Source: Takakia lepidozioides (taxonomy: Eukaryota > Plantae > Bryophyta). Taken from it: a stretch of 64,000 nt of DNA. The stretch spans positions 83,142,001 through 83,206,000 of the forward strand of contig CM060732.1 in assembly GCA_030704615.1 (NCBI GenBank). The letters run 5' to 3'. Made by a program: the position numbers and the translations under genes. The notes under the pieces were generated by a model, which was not told the origin of the DNA, ran no database searches, and saw only the letters and a program-made list of their open reading frames with translations. This document shows positions 49,501 through 61,800 of the stretch, piece by piece (position 1 is the first letter of the stretch; each line of letters begins with the position of its first letter).

Positions 49501-52500
49501 CAATTAGGGTTACACACTCTGTGTACTCTGCAGTTTGGATTGGCCCAAAGCTATCTCAAGACTGCCATTGCCCGCCGCAACAAGTTCCCAGTTGCATGGT
49601 CCAACTTAGGTTTGTGGCCTTTAGTTTTTTCATGAATTCCAATCATCAGTTTAGTTGGGTCTTCTCTCTATCTCCCTCTCTGTCCCGCTCAAACTGGGCG
49701 CGGGGTCAATGGCCACAAGGCTACGGCAAACAACGTCATATGAGTACCATCTCTTTTCTCCCTGCCCTCTAGGAAGCCTATTGCCATTGGGTGGACTTGA
49801 TACGTGAGTACATAAATGTCTCTGTGACTAAATACCGGCCTTGTGACCCCGTGTCTTTGTTTGTTTTGACCTAAAGCGCTTTGCTTCAGGTAAGGTCATT
49901 GGATTTAGTTGGAGAGTCTGGGGCCTCTCCCTCTTTAGAATATGCCTATGCGGGCCATTCCCTGCAGCTCCCTGGCGTGTGATCTCTGAATCGTAACAAG
50001 CAGCAGACCCCTACCACTTGGGGGCAACCCCTTCGCCCAAATTGGGCAGTTGTATGCTCTGTCTAGCATACTCGGCACTTGGGCTAGGGTTGGTCCTTGT
50101 GCTTAAACTTATAGCCTGCAAGTTCTACCAATACATTACCTCTTATCAATATCAACACTCCCCAGGGTGATTCCTGGGAACTGGTTACTTGTGCCAAATC
50201 TAGGGCTTCATTTGTAGTTTTTGGGGTGAATCCCAGGATGGACGACATCAATTCAATCTCAAAGAAGTTCGTCCCTTGACTGGCTGGAGAGCGGTCTTAG
50301 ACATTGGTGATTCAATGAGGCGCTCTAGGAAGACAACCAAGGGCAGGGACTTCAACTTGAAAGTTTCTAACCGGTTTGATGCACTGGATGATTTTGATTC
50401 CAAGCAGTCAGACAGACAAACTGACCCTAAGAGTGCTGAGCCTGAGCTTCATGTGACTGACGGATTTGGTACTCTGAATGGTTTACCAATCCTTAAAGTT
50501 TACACAAGACGAGCAGAATCTACACACGGGATAATTGTCCCCCCTTTGCAGAATGGTTGGCCGTCCAGGAGCAACCATAGGCTACCTAGATGACGAACAA
50601 TTCATATGCAAAGGGCTGGCTTGCGACTGGGCACTTTCAATTTCTCAGGGCTGACTAACCAGAGGAAACAATTTGAAGTGGGACAAGTTCTTCGGGCAAA
50701 TGATATTCATATCTGTGCTGGGCAAGAGACATGGGAAACTTCGGACAAACTGGTTGGAGATGTCAATGGTCATAGTGGATCGGTAAGATGTGCTCTCTTA
50801 ATGCAGCCTCTGCCAAACGTGGTCAAAAAGGGGTTGGCTTCTTTGTCCGTGACTTCTTGTGTGACAATTGTGAAATTATCAACAAGGGTTTGCGGTATGA
50901 GCACGGTATCTGGCTAAAACTGAAATTGAAGGGCGGCGTGAATACGAAGGACATCTTTGTGGGTTGTGTTTAGACGTAAAGCTGGACTGTGCTAAGTTCC
51001 TCACCAAAGGTCAGGTGGTCTTATTGGGTGACTTCAATGCCCGGGTGGGCAAAGATCTTCATCAGGATGATACCATTGGGCCTTTTGGTGAGGACGAGCT
51101 GAATTCTAATGGTAGACGGTTAATAAACTGCTCTCCCTCATTTTGTCCACTCGCTCCAAGACCTTCAGTCTCACTCTGGCAATGCAAGAAATGAAGTCGA
51201 AAGAGCAGTGGATTCTTGGGAGAGTTTCGTCTCCTCTGTGGCTGACAAGATCATTGGGAGGAAACTAATTGTCTGTGGTAGAGCTGTTAATTGGTGGACC
51301 AGTGAGATTAAACTCAAGATAGCTGAGAGACGAGTCGTCTATAAAGAGTGCTGCAATTTGAATACCAACAAAGAATTGTGGGTTAGGTACTACCAGATCC
51401 GCAAAGATATCAATCAGCTTGTAAGGTCTCAGAAGAAATTATACTGGGACAAGATATACAGTGAAATAAACTCAAACCACCATGGTGGTAATGACAAGAG
51501 ATTCTGGTTGGCCCTTCAACGTTTGTACCAGCCGAAAAACTGTCAGCAAATACAAGCACTGAGGAATACTAAGGGTGCAGTGGTGACTTCAAAGGCTGAC
51601 ATTGTCAAAACCTTTGAAGCCCATTACAGTATCCTTGGCAGAATTTCTAGGTCTAACAGTGGGGTCCTGAAGAATGGAAGGACACAGTTGGAAAAACTAT
51701 TCCTATGATTCAAGACAGGCTATGCCAAAGGCTTACAACGCTCCCATTAGTTCTTCTAAGATTGTGGAAGCAATTAAGAAAGCTGGTGGACCTGATGGCA
51801 TAGTCAACGAGCTTATGAAGCACGGTGGCAATCCCATGATAGAGGCCCTTGTACTTCTCTTTAACCTTATCTGGAGGACTGAAATGATCCCCTTTCGCTG
51901 GCGACAGGGGGTCATTGTCAATCTATACAAGAAGCGTGACAGAGAAGAACCGGGAACTACTGAGGCATCACGCTCCTCAATGCAGTTGGCAAGATATTTT
52001 GCAGAGGTATGAGTACTCGTCTCGAGGTTGATCTGGAATCTAGAGGTTGTTTCCCGGAGGCCAAGCTGGCTTTCGGCGAAACAGGGGCTGTGTGGATCAT
52101 ATCTTCACCCTAGGCCAGATTATAGGGAAACCCACTTATGTATTTTTCTTGGATGTCAAAAAGGCTTATCCTAAGTTAATCGAGTCTATATCTTGGAAGC
52201 AGGATCGCCCTGTCAAACAGGCTAAGTCCTTGCGGAAGAGAGTAGAAGAGATTCTCAAGGATCTGAATCTTAGCCCACAAGTCTTGACCCTGCTGGATAA
52301 ATCTGACTTGGAGGCTGTAGTGTCCAAAGCCATGTCTGTTGCCAGGAAATTGTCCGATGAAAATGAAGGTAGGCAGAAAACTTCCCTGAACTTGTTTCCA
52401 GTCTGTGACATGGGGGAGGACATCATGGATGACCTCAAGGCTCTACCCACTCTCAGCAGTAGACTGGAATTTAGACTCAGGGCGGGAAGCCTACCTTTGA

Positions 52501-54211
52501 ACAGCAAACAGAAGCAGAGAGGAAAGGGAGAGTGCAATTGCCCGTTGTTGGGCAACCTGAAGACATTTTCTCATTCATTGTCCAGGGTTCTCTCACCAGA
52601 GAGACGCTCTCTTCTAATCTATCAAGGCAATTGTACCTGGACCTCTGTTTACCAACTTTGAAAGTCTTGAGGCTGAGCCAAAAACCCAGGTCCTTTTGGG
52701 GCCTAGTTATTGGGCAAACCACACACAGCAGGTTGATGCTTTTGTAAAGAGATTTCTCGAGGATATCTGGAAAACCCGGACCAATTGTTTATTCCAAGGT
52801 AAGTCTTACTACCGGCGTCAGCCCCTGACAAAGGTAGGTTCCATCCCTTTGTGTTCCGCTCAAAGTGGGCGCGGGGTCAATGGCCACAAGACTACGGCAA
52901 ACAACATCTTATGAGTACATTCTCTCTGCAACGATCTTAACGGCTATCCTGGTTGCACTGAATGCTGGAGATTGAGACTAGAGCATTTTCTTTTGTTGTC
53001 CCCTTTACTAAGAAAATCAGGACCTGCTACTTCTGCCTGCGGAGGGACACCCGCTCCTCGAGTTATAACAGTGGGTCATTGTTATACAGGATGGTTGATT
53101 TGTCTTGTTCTCTTGGATTGACTCCCTCAGTAATGAGACAGCATTCTTTCTGTTTCCGTCCTTGTTTTTGTTGTTCTCCTTGAGGTTTTGTCCCGGTGTC
53201 TATATTTTCATCTCTAATGCTCTTCTTTACCTTGGATGGGCTGTCTCTTTATCTTTGGTTACCTCTCAAGTGTGAGTTCGGAGTTACTAGGCTCTCAGTC
53301 CATGTCTCTTAAGTAGGAAGCACTCAAGTGGTTTGAACCCGTATGTACACTAAAGGTCGTCTCATGTAGTTCATTTATGAGGCTGTTAGTTGCTGGATGT
53401 GATTGTCTACCAAAATGCATATGGCTATTCTCATGATTTGGTACACCTTTGTGTGATCAATTGGACCTTTGGATTTCTGGACTCTTTTATGATGTGGTCC
53501 ATTGTACAATTCTATTTGGAAGATACAAGGGTCACCTGAAAGTCTTATCAATCTATGCTGTCTGTAGCAATTAAAGTCCTGGATTGGATATCAAAGTCCA
53601 GATTCTATTGGCTATTTATTACACCAGAACGTTGACTTTAACAGTCATGTCCTGGTATGTGTGCAGGAATAGCAGTGCAATTGTCCGAAGATCCCTCACT
53701 GGCGGAAGGAGTCTATAAGCAAGCATTGGGGCTTGTGCCTCCTGAGCAAGCCCACAGTGTTTATTGTAATCTTGGCAATTTATACCGGCAGATGCAACGA
53801 TTTAGTGAAGCACATTCAGCCTACCAAAAGGCTTTGGAGCTCTGCCCAGATTATGCCCCAGCTTCCAACAACCTGGGATTATTGCTCATTGCCGAAGGCC
53901 GTTGGGACGATGCCATTGGAACCTTTGATAGGGCATTGTTAGCTGATCCCTACTTGGATGCCGCCCAATCTAATCGCATGAAAGCAGTTGCTCTCGCCCA
54001 GATTCGCAATGGGGGTATCCCTCCTTCCAAGCCCCCTGCAGGCAGCCCAGTTGTGGAACCACAGGCCCAGACAAAAGCATCACAGCCTTCCCCTTCTCCC
54101 TCAGACAAGATGGCTCCTGCTGCAGCAGCTTCTTCCCCCTTTTCCATCCAGGGTGCAGTGCCCCAGCAACCGCCACAAGAGGAGCCTTTTCCACTGCCTT
54201 CAATCTCTTGA
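37575..54211 (+). CDS. Tetratricopeptide-repeat protein (resembles the plant At5g63200-type family) with a long Q/P/S-rich N-terminus; ~13 exons
   Basis: Exons approx. 37575-37876, 38827-39257, 41225-41836 (ADLNAEPP), 42335-42554, 42926-43018 (PKNAHAHFALGLMYQRLGQP), 43194-43301, 44493-44661, 45499-45587, 46386-46507, 48097-48278, 48703-48987, 49462-49609 and 53666-54211 (CNLGNLYRQ, DYAPASNNLGLL). GT-AG borders. The start codon is uncertain and the family assignment is from memory. Confidence 0.88.
39301..39361 (+). mobile_element. Short LINE 3' tail in a CT tract
   Basis: AAACTGGGTGCGGGGTCTATGGCCACAAGGCTACAGCAAAGAAAGTCTTATGAGTACAT flanked by (CT)n. Confidence 0.85.
39830..39953 (+). mobile_element. 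Two adjacent diverged LINE 3' tails
   Basis: CGCGGGGTCAATGGACTTAAGGCTATGGC and GGAGTCTATGGCCACAAGGCAATGGCATACAATGTCTCATGAGTACAT, separated by a CT/CA tract. Confidence 0.75.
49682..49750 (+). mobile_element. Short LINE 3' tail in a CT tract
   Basis: CCGCTCAAACTGGGCGCGGGGTCAATGGCCACAAGGCTACGGCAAACAACGTCATATGAGTAC. Confidence 0.88.
50200..52921 (+). mobile_element. Decayed APE-type non-LTR retrotransposon (RTEX/CR1-like; clade uncertain) in the last intron of the TPR gene
   Basis: ORF1-like VSNRFDAL; APE motifs LGTFNFSGL, ICAGQETW, VVLLGDFNARVG; WWTSEIK; GPDGIVNELMK, IPFRWRQGVIVNLYKK, QAGFRRNRGCVDHIFTL, FLDVKKAY; C-terminal FRLRAGSLPL..C.CP. The RT core is deleted and the 5' boundary is approximate. 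Confidence 0.88.
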
Positions 54212-55294
54212 TGAGTTACAGCTGGAAACTCTTAAAAGTTGAAATTATACAAGGAATAGTTTGTATTATATGTCAAGAGACTAGGTGATATGACTGGCTA
54301 TTCATGCATGCCGACTGATAGGAGCTGTATGGGGGTATCGAAGCTTTTCGGCTGCCCCAGCTCTTTCTAGTTTCAACTGTCAAATAGATGCCCTGTGAAT
54401 CAAGGGTAGTGTAGATTTATTGATTTGCTTGGCTAATTTTTGAGCCTGGCACCATCAACACCCTTGTGAATATACCAGGACGGACATGTAGCTTGTTAGT
54501 GTATGTTCAGGTGGACCCACTGCAGCCCCTAAAGTCTTTCATCATCACCTTTAACCCTTAAAGGGTAACCAGCCCGTTTTGGGCTTTTTCAAAATGAAAT
54601 CTTAGTAACTGTTTTTTTTTGTTTTTGGATGAACAGGGGACGGTGGCCCTGGATGAGCTTTATTAAGATTATTTGAAGGCAAAAAAATTGCAGACGGCAT
54701 GAATTTTTGGTGACGATTTGGAAAATGTGGATGAGTGTTGCTTAAAAGCTCGGTTATGTATGGTATTTCACCATCACTCACCTGCAGCCGCTCCCGCCTC
54801 TCTCAGCCATATCGTGTGTCAGACTACATCATGTAGCCAAGCTCGACTTGGTGGATACCTAGTCCATATTGCGAAGAGTCTCAGCTGTAGTTTGTATGGA
54901 GGTTGGGTCCTGTGAGCAAACTATGATATTTGACATATTCTAGGAATATCCAGAGAATGTATCTGGGCGAAAAAATGTGCTTATGTGAGAAAAATTGCGT
55001 AACTATTGCAAATTTCTGCTCGTGTAAGCGTGACAAGCCATCTAGTACAGTTACATTGACTTCCAAGTTGCATGAGATACTCATCTGAAAAAAAAAATTG
55101 GAAATCAGCAAAATTATTAAATGCATTTTCACCAACGAAACTCTCCATAAGTTGAGTCAAATGTATATGGTATCTTATCGTGAGGTGGCGAAATGTGGAA
55201 AAAATCAAAAGGAATAATATAGGAATTTAATACTTTTACCAGGTTCCGACAGCGTCAGCTCCTCCTGCAAGCCCCTTGTCAAATCCTCCCCTCT

Positions 55295-56330
55295 CAGCGG
55301 CATGGTATATTCCATAACCGGCGTTGGAGCCGATGAGGGAGCCGTCAGTGTAGTGGGAGTGGAACGAGGGAAATTTGGGGGGCAGCACATGGTGTTAGGA
55401 TGGGAAGGGCGGAGGGAGCAGAGGGTGGGCAGGAGAAGGGTGCAGTAGCGCCTTGCTCTAGGCCTTGCTTGGGTTAATCCTAGGAAGTGACCCAGATGGG
55501 ATTATGTGGGCGGGTTGGGGGTGGATTGTGGTTTTCAGGTTGTGGGTGCTCTTTAAGAGCTGATCCAGGGTAGGGAAGGCAGTGGGTATGGAGGGATGCG
55601 TGGCATGTTGGACATGGTGGAGTAGGGTGAGGGTGGGTTCCTTGTATCGAAGGTATTTGGGGAAAGGAGGGGTGTGAGTGTACCGGAGTTGGTTAGGTTC
55701 GATAGCGGCAAGAAGTGTTACGCCAGATGGGAATTGTAGGAGGGGATGGGGGTTGTTGGGTAGTTTTTGGTGAGTGAGTAGGAGGATCGTGACGGTCGAC
55801 GGGGAGGAGTGTGCGGCCATGCGGGCCCATTGGAGAGCCTCGTGAGCAAGGGGGCCTTGGGGGGGGGGCGGTGGGCAAATCCACACCCCGTCCATGCGTG
55901 CTGGGTGGCATATCCGGTGGCTCCGAAAATGCAGTCTCGGGGGTGAGGATTGGCAAATGTTGTGAGGTCCATCGGGCATGAAAGTGCGCTGGAGTAGTAT
56001 AAGTGAGTGAGTTGAAAAGAGGTGACGAGTAGGGAGAAGATATCCTGGGGGATAGTATTATGAGAAAGGGCTCGGTTAGCTTTGTCAAGGAGCGGGGTTT
56101 TTTGGGAGGGGTGTCTTGGAGGTCGTCAACTAGTCAGTTGAGCAAAGTCTTGGCGAGGTGGTTGTATTTCAGTGTCACAAGGGGGGGGTAGAGTATTTGG
56201 CCAAGAGCCAGGTTAATCTGTCATTGGGAATGAGGCCGAGGAAACGTCCATTGAAGGCGTAGATGGTGGACAAAAGAGGCCCCGGCCTCGTAGAAGTGCT
56301 GATGCGACTGGCTCCTTTGAACGTGACAGA
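55295..56330 (-). mobile_element. Dualen/RandI-like LINE fragment (pre-RNase H region and RNase H start)
   Basis: The minus strand ends in HSHYTDGSLIGSNAGYGIYHAA, matching HSHYTDGSLFGSHAGYDIYYAA at ~25600. It is homologous to 15840-16425. Confidence 0.75.
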
Positions 56331-56339
56331 AAGAGTTAT

Positions 56340-56640
56340 ATTTGAGTACCAGTGCTTCTTAAATCGCCGCGACCCTTTCGAGGACATGTCGGATCCGAAA
56401 TAACTCAACATGTTTCCATATGAATGGTGGGATTTGATTGGAGCATGAGCAAGAACATTAGCTCCATTGCAAAGCGTATTCTTGCCCAAGTGTGTTCTGC
56501 CTCATCTTGTAAGCGCAATTGGAGCAATTACTCATTTTTTCACAACAAGATATGCAACAGGTTGAATCCCGCCCACGAGAGCTGACAAATTGGTATATAT
56601 GTATACAAATTGTAGACTGCTACGTGAGAAGACAGCGGAT
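56340..56640 (+). pseudogene. hAT transposase dimerisation domain fragment (second family)
   Basis: PYEWWDLIG..IAKRILAQVCSASSCKRNWSNYSFFHNKICNRL..ADKLVYMYTNCRL across frameshifts. Confidence 0.85.
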
Positions 56641-57479
56641 GATGCTGCTGCATGATATGAGAGGAACTGAAGACTCTGTTTCTGAGGCAGATTCGATGAG
56701 TGACGATACTGAGTCCTCGAGGGAGTCATCCGGCTCCGACAGTGGAGATATACTAAAACTGTCAGGTGCTCTATCATCATATGGTGATGAAATTAGGTTC
56801 GATAGTCACCGAACCTAGGTAGTCGGTGCCGATTATAAGAGAACAGTGGAATGGGATGCGGCTACCGCGGTATAACCGTGGTCCGACCGCGCCATGTGAA
56901 TGCTTCTGAAGAAAATTGCAGTTGCTGTGGATAAAGAGTATTGCAGGATAGAAATTACATGTACTCGTAGTGTAAATGAAGACGAGCATACTTGCCATGT
57001 CTATCTAACAGCTCATGAAACTCTTGCTAATGCTTAGGCTCATGATCTTTTTACTTTGAAATACCCCTATCCCGCTGTTAAATCAACAACTGTCAACAGT
57101 TCCCCCTTCTGGTGAACACATCTCCATAAATGTTTGCATAAATCGAGGGCTTTTCTCCCGTGCCCCGCGGAGGAATGTACCATCCTGTCGTTTGTGTAAT
57201 CTATCATCTCTCACCATGTTCCTCACCAGATCATGAGTGATGGCATTGTGGTCGGTGTCCAGCTTCGATCAGCTTTAGGTCATTGTCTTTGTGAGCTTTA
57301 GTCCTAGAATGTGAAGGGGTTTACAGGGTTAGGATAATTCAGCAGAAGGAAACATATATGAGGGGAAAAGGTTGTGCGTCTTGAGAGATCTTAATTTTCA
57401 AAAATGTTAGTTTAGTACTATCATAGTGATCTGATCAGTGAGTGGTCAGTTCGTTTGCTAAGGATTATGGTAAGGGTCC

Positions 57480-58019
57480 CACATATCTGGAAGCATAACC
57501 GGACCATCCTATTATTTAACAAAGGTGACCCAAGCTGATCTTAGCAACTACAGGCCCATAGCCCTCGTATTCACAAGTATACTAACCACGATGCTCTCTA
57601 ACTATGGCGAACAACATCGTATTCTAAGTGACCCCCAAGAAGGTTTCCGAGCTACACGTAGCACTACCAGACAAATCCAATATATTATATCTGCTCTAGA
57701 AGACGCGAAACTTACCAAACAAGACATCTATCTCCTCTACATTGACTTTAAAAACGCATTTGGATCCTTGGACCACCCACGCTTACTCGCCATTATGACA
57801 GATCTAGGCTACCCTACCAGCGCTATACAACTCATTGGTAATATCTATACTAACAGCACCACCGAGTACTCCGACTCCTATTATGGCTCCACCCCTCCTA
57901 TTCCCATACTGCGAGGCACTATCCAAGGTGACACACTGAGCCCCTACCTATTTATCATTTTTCTCGAACCCCTACTAAGATGGTTGGCTCGTGGCAACTT
58001 AGGATACCAGTACAAAACC
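57480..58019 (+). mobile_element. Non-LTR reverse transcriptase fragment (Dualen-like), interrupted by an LTR
   Basis: NYRPIAL, QEGFRATRST, YIDFKNAFGSLDH, RGTIQGDTLSPYLFIIFLEPLLRWL. Confidence 0.9.
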
Positions 58020-58748
58020 TGTCGCGGCCCTTTGCCTTGAGGGCAGGGGGTCGGAACACATGAGGGGCTGCCCATGTGGTGGGGGCAGCGGCAGCGATGG
58101 GTATGGGGGGGCTGAAGCACCCTTGAGTGCCCAAGGCACTCAGGGAAGCGGAGGCGCTCACTAGGTGGAGCCCCGCACACCGGGTTGCGGTGGGGGTGGC
58201 TCCACAAGGGGTGGTGGTAGCTTAGCGGGACTTAGTGGGGGTGGCATGGGACTCACCATGGGGGCGGAGACCTCGTGGTGGGAGTCGTGGGGAGTCTTGG
58301 GACTCATCACAGTCCATAGGGGCCGTGGTGAGTGGGCCAAGACTCACCGCGACTCATCACCGGGAACCGAGGGTTTTCGTGGTGGTTCGCCATAAAATGG
58401 CATGGCTGGTTGTGAAACCCCCGCGGACAGCTACAGAAGTATATATAGGGAGTAGTAACCCCGAGAACGGTGCAAGCCCGTTGGTGACCAAAAAACTAGT
58501 GAGTAAGCGAGCGAGCCGGAAAGCGACCAAAGAGTGGGGAGCTGTTCCGGACTGCCAACTACCAAAGGGAATTCCCGCTGGTTCCAAATCGGTGGAGGGT
58601 TCTTTGGGAGAACAAAGGGGGACCGTTATGCCCCGGTGAGCAGCCGAAGCTCCAAGTTGGCCCGGCGGCCAGGTTGGGAGTCAGGCGCGCGCATCAAAGC
58701 TAGCAACTATGACCTGAAGGGGAGCTTACCGAAGTGAGGTGCGCGACA
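58020..58748 (+). repeat. 5' LTR (729 bp) of chromovirus copy 2
   Basis: TGTCGCG...CGCGACA termini, a TATA-like TATATATA at 58440, and a PBS immediately downstream. Confidence 0.96.
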
Positions 58749-58750
58749 CT

Positions 58751-58762
58751 TGGTATCAGAGC
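58751..58762 (+). promoter_or_regulatory. Primer-binding site complementary to initiator tRNA-Met
   Basis: TGGTATCAGAGC, 2 nt after the LTR end. Confidence 0.95.
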
Positions 58763-58803
58763 TTAGAGTTCAGTACGTGATTGTCCTTGGGATTGGCCTC
58801 ATC

Positions 58804-61800
58804 ATGGGGTCGGGCAAGCCAAAGCGAAAGCGGAACGGCCCAAAAGATGATGATCCCGGTGAGCCCGATGGGGGCGACGTGTCACCGAGGCGGCCGTTTG
58901 AGGAAGCGATGCATGTCTCCGAAAACGAGGCCGCTCAAGAGCTGGAGGAATCTGAGGAGTCGGAGCCCGAGGAATCCCTGAGAGCTCTGACCGACCAACA
59001 GATGCCTCCCATGCCGGCAGCCTTTTGGGAAGGGTTGTTGGCGCAATTTGGCGGGACGTTGAAAGACGTGTTGAAGGCGGCTAATGCCACCTCCACTAAG
59101 GCAAAATTTAAGATGAAGCCTAAGGAACCCGGCACCTTCGAGGGCGTCCAAAATCAGAAGGCACTCAACACCTGGCTCCTGGAGCTAGAGCAGTACTTCC
59201 GGGCGGCCAAGTTGAGTGACGAGGACCGGGTGGAAGTGGCTCCCACCTATTTGAGGGGCTATGCTCAACAATGGTGGCAGAAACGCCTTCACGACCGAGG
59301 TCCAAGCCCGGAAACCTTGAACTGGAGTGGGTTCAAGGAATTGATGAAGAGACAGTTTGTGCCCCTCAACGCGTCCTGGCTTGCCCGGGACAAGATGAAG
59401 AATTTGAAGCAAACAGATGACATTCGGGGGTATGTCCAGGCTTTCAATGTGCTGTTGCTCGAAGTCGCGGACATGGCAGAACCAGAAATGGTCTTCAACT
59501 TTGTGGCGGGAATGGCCCCATGGGCCAGGCGGAAGTTGGAGGAGAAGCCACCCAAGACTTTGAACGAGGCAATTGAGAGGGCTGAATGTTTCTCGGATGT
59601 CCCTAGGGGTGAGAGACAAGGCCGTACGGAGCTGAACCACAAGAAGACCCGGCGGGAAGGTGACTCCTTCCGACCGGAAAAGAAGTGGGATAGGCCACGC
59701 GACGACAATGGCACGTGGAAATCGAAGGGAGGGCCTTCACACGTCAAGGCGGCACCTGGTGCTTCGAAAGGAAAAGCGGGGGGAGCGGCTTATGGCGGAC
59801 AGAAGGCGACCTTTGATGGAGTGTGTTTCAATTGCGGGGAGCCCGGGCACATGGCCAAGAAGTGCACGAAACCTCGACAATTGAACATGACTCGGGCAAC
59901 CACGGAGCTGTCGGAAGATACCATCAGTCGCTTGGTGGAAGCGGTGGTCGCCAAGACTTGCAAGGTAGGCAATTATTCTTGTGAGTTGTATCAGGAAACT
60001 GGCGCCCTGCGTAAAGGGAGTCAGTTATTGTTCGTGGATGGGATAATATCCGGAACTAACGTGTCGTTGTTGGTGGACACAGGAGCGTCGCACTCCTTCA
60101 TGACGCCGGCGGCGGCGCGAAAGTTGGGACTCCCGACAAGTGACGTGGGGGCCTCTATTGAGGTGCGTTCTGCCAAAGGAGAACCACAGTTGGCGACAAG
60201 GTTGGCGTTTGATGTTCCTCTTCAACTGGGGAGTTGGGAGGGACGTGAGAACTTCACCATCTGCGAGATCGATGGAGTGGATCTCATTTTGGGGATGACC
60301 TTTTTGAGCAAATCCGGAGCGGTCATAGATGGCCGCAAGAGAGTAGTCACGCTGCCATGTGGGAATGGTGGCGAGGTCTTACGAGTGTCGGAAACGCCCA
60401 AATCCGTGGGAGGGCGAATAAACCTTCTGTCAGCAAGGGAGTGGGTCGTGGAGGAGGCACACGAGCCCCAGTTTTTGCTTTACATTAGAGAAGTGAAGGG
60501 AGAAGGCGATGGGGATCCGAGCCCAGATTGGATCAAGGGGATTTTGGAGAAATACCAGGATGTGATGCCGGAGGATTTACCAAACGGCTTGCCACCGCGA
60601 AGAGGAGTTGACCACAAGATTGAGGTGATACCGGGATCGGAACCGCCTGCCAAGGCACCCTACCAGTTGAGCCACAGAGAGTTGGTCGAGCTGAAGACTC
60701 AGCTCAAAGATCTAATGTCAAAGGGGTACATCCAGCCGAGTAAGTCACCTTACGGAGCCCCGGTGCTATTTGCAGATAAAAAGGATGGGACGCTGCGGAT
60801 GTGTGTCGATTACAGGGCTCTGAATAAGGTGACTATAAAAAACCGGTACCCTTTGCCAAGGATCGACGACCTCTTCGATCGGTTGGCAGGAGCGAAGTAT
60901 TTCAGCCGGATCGACTTGCGCTCCGGCTATCATCAAATTCGGGTCGCGGAAGGAGATGAGGAGAAGACCGCGTGCAGGACAAGGTATGGTTCATATGAGT
61001 TCTTGGTGATACCTTTTGGGCTCACCAATGCACCAGCGACATTTAGCACGCTGATGAACAGCCTTTTTCAGGAATGGTTGGATGACTTTGTGATCGTGTA
61101 CATCGACGACATCTTGGTGTACTCGAAAACAAAGGATGAACACCTGGAGCACCTGAAAAGGGTGTTCCAAAAATTGCGGAGGTAGTCGAAAATTCTTGAT
61201 GTTCAACCAGACCTCCGTGCCTGCCTCAAACTTAACTTCCCTCCGCTTCCGGCTGTATGCCAAAGCTTTAAAGTGCGAATTCGGGGTCACAAAAGTGGAG
61301 TTCCTGGGGCATGTGATTACACAGGATGGGATCAAAATGGATGACAGAAAGGTGAGGGCGATCTTGGACTGGGAGCCTCCGACTTCGGTCCCGGGAGTGC
61401 GATCCTTCCTAGGACTCGCCTCCTATTACCGGAAGTATGTGAGAAATTTTGCCAAGATCGCGGGGCCGTTGTCAGACCTTCTGTGTAAATCCAAAGTCTG
61501 GGTATGGAACACCTTGTGTGGCCAAGCTTTTGCTGAATTGAAGCAGCGGATGGCGGAAGCTCCAGTCTTGAAAATCCCGGAGTTCGATCGGCCGTTCGAG
61601 ATTCATACAGATGCGTCGGACTTTGCGATTGGGGGTGTACTGATGCAAGATGGACGTCCAGTGGCTTACGAAAGTAAGAAACTGAACGAAGTGGAGCGAC
61701 GGTGGCCGACGCACGAGAAAGAGATGAAGGCGGTGGTGCACTATCTTGAGCTTTGGCGCCACTATGTTGGTTCCAACCCAATGAAGGTGTTCACGGACAA

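Noticed and set aside
54551-55215. piggyBac- or Kolobok-type MITE starting at TTAACCCTTAAAGGG
   Set aside because: No matching second terminus was found.
61185-61196. Programmed frameshift or readthrough between two Gypsy ORFs
   Set aside because: The break lies inside RT and is explained by the 75-bp inverted insertion.
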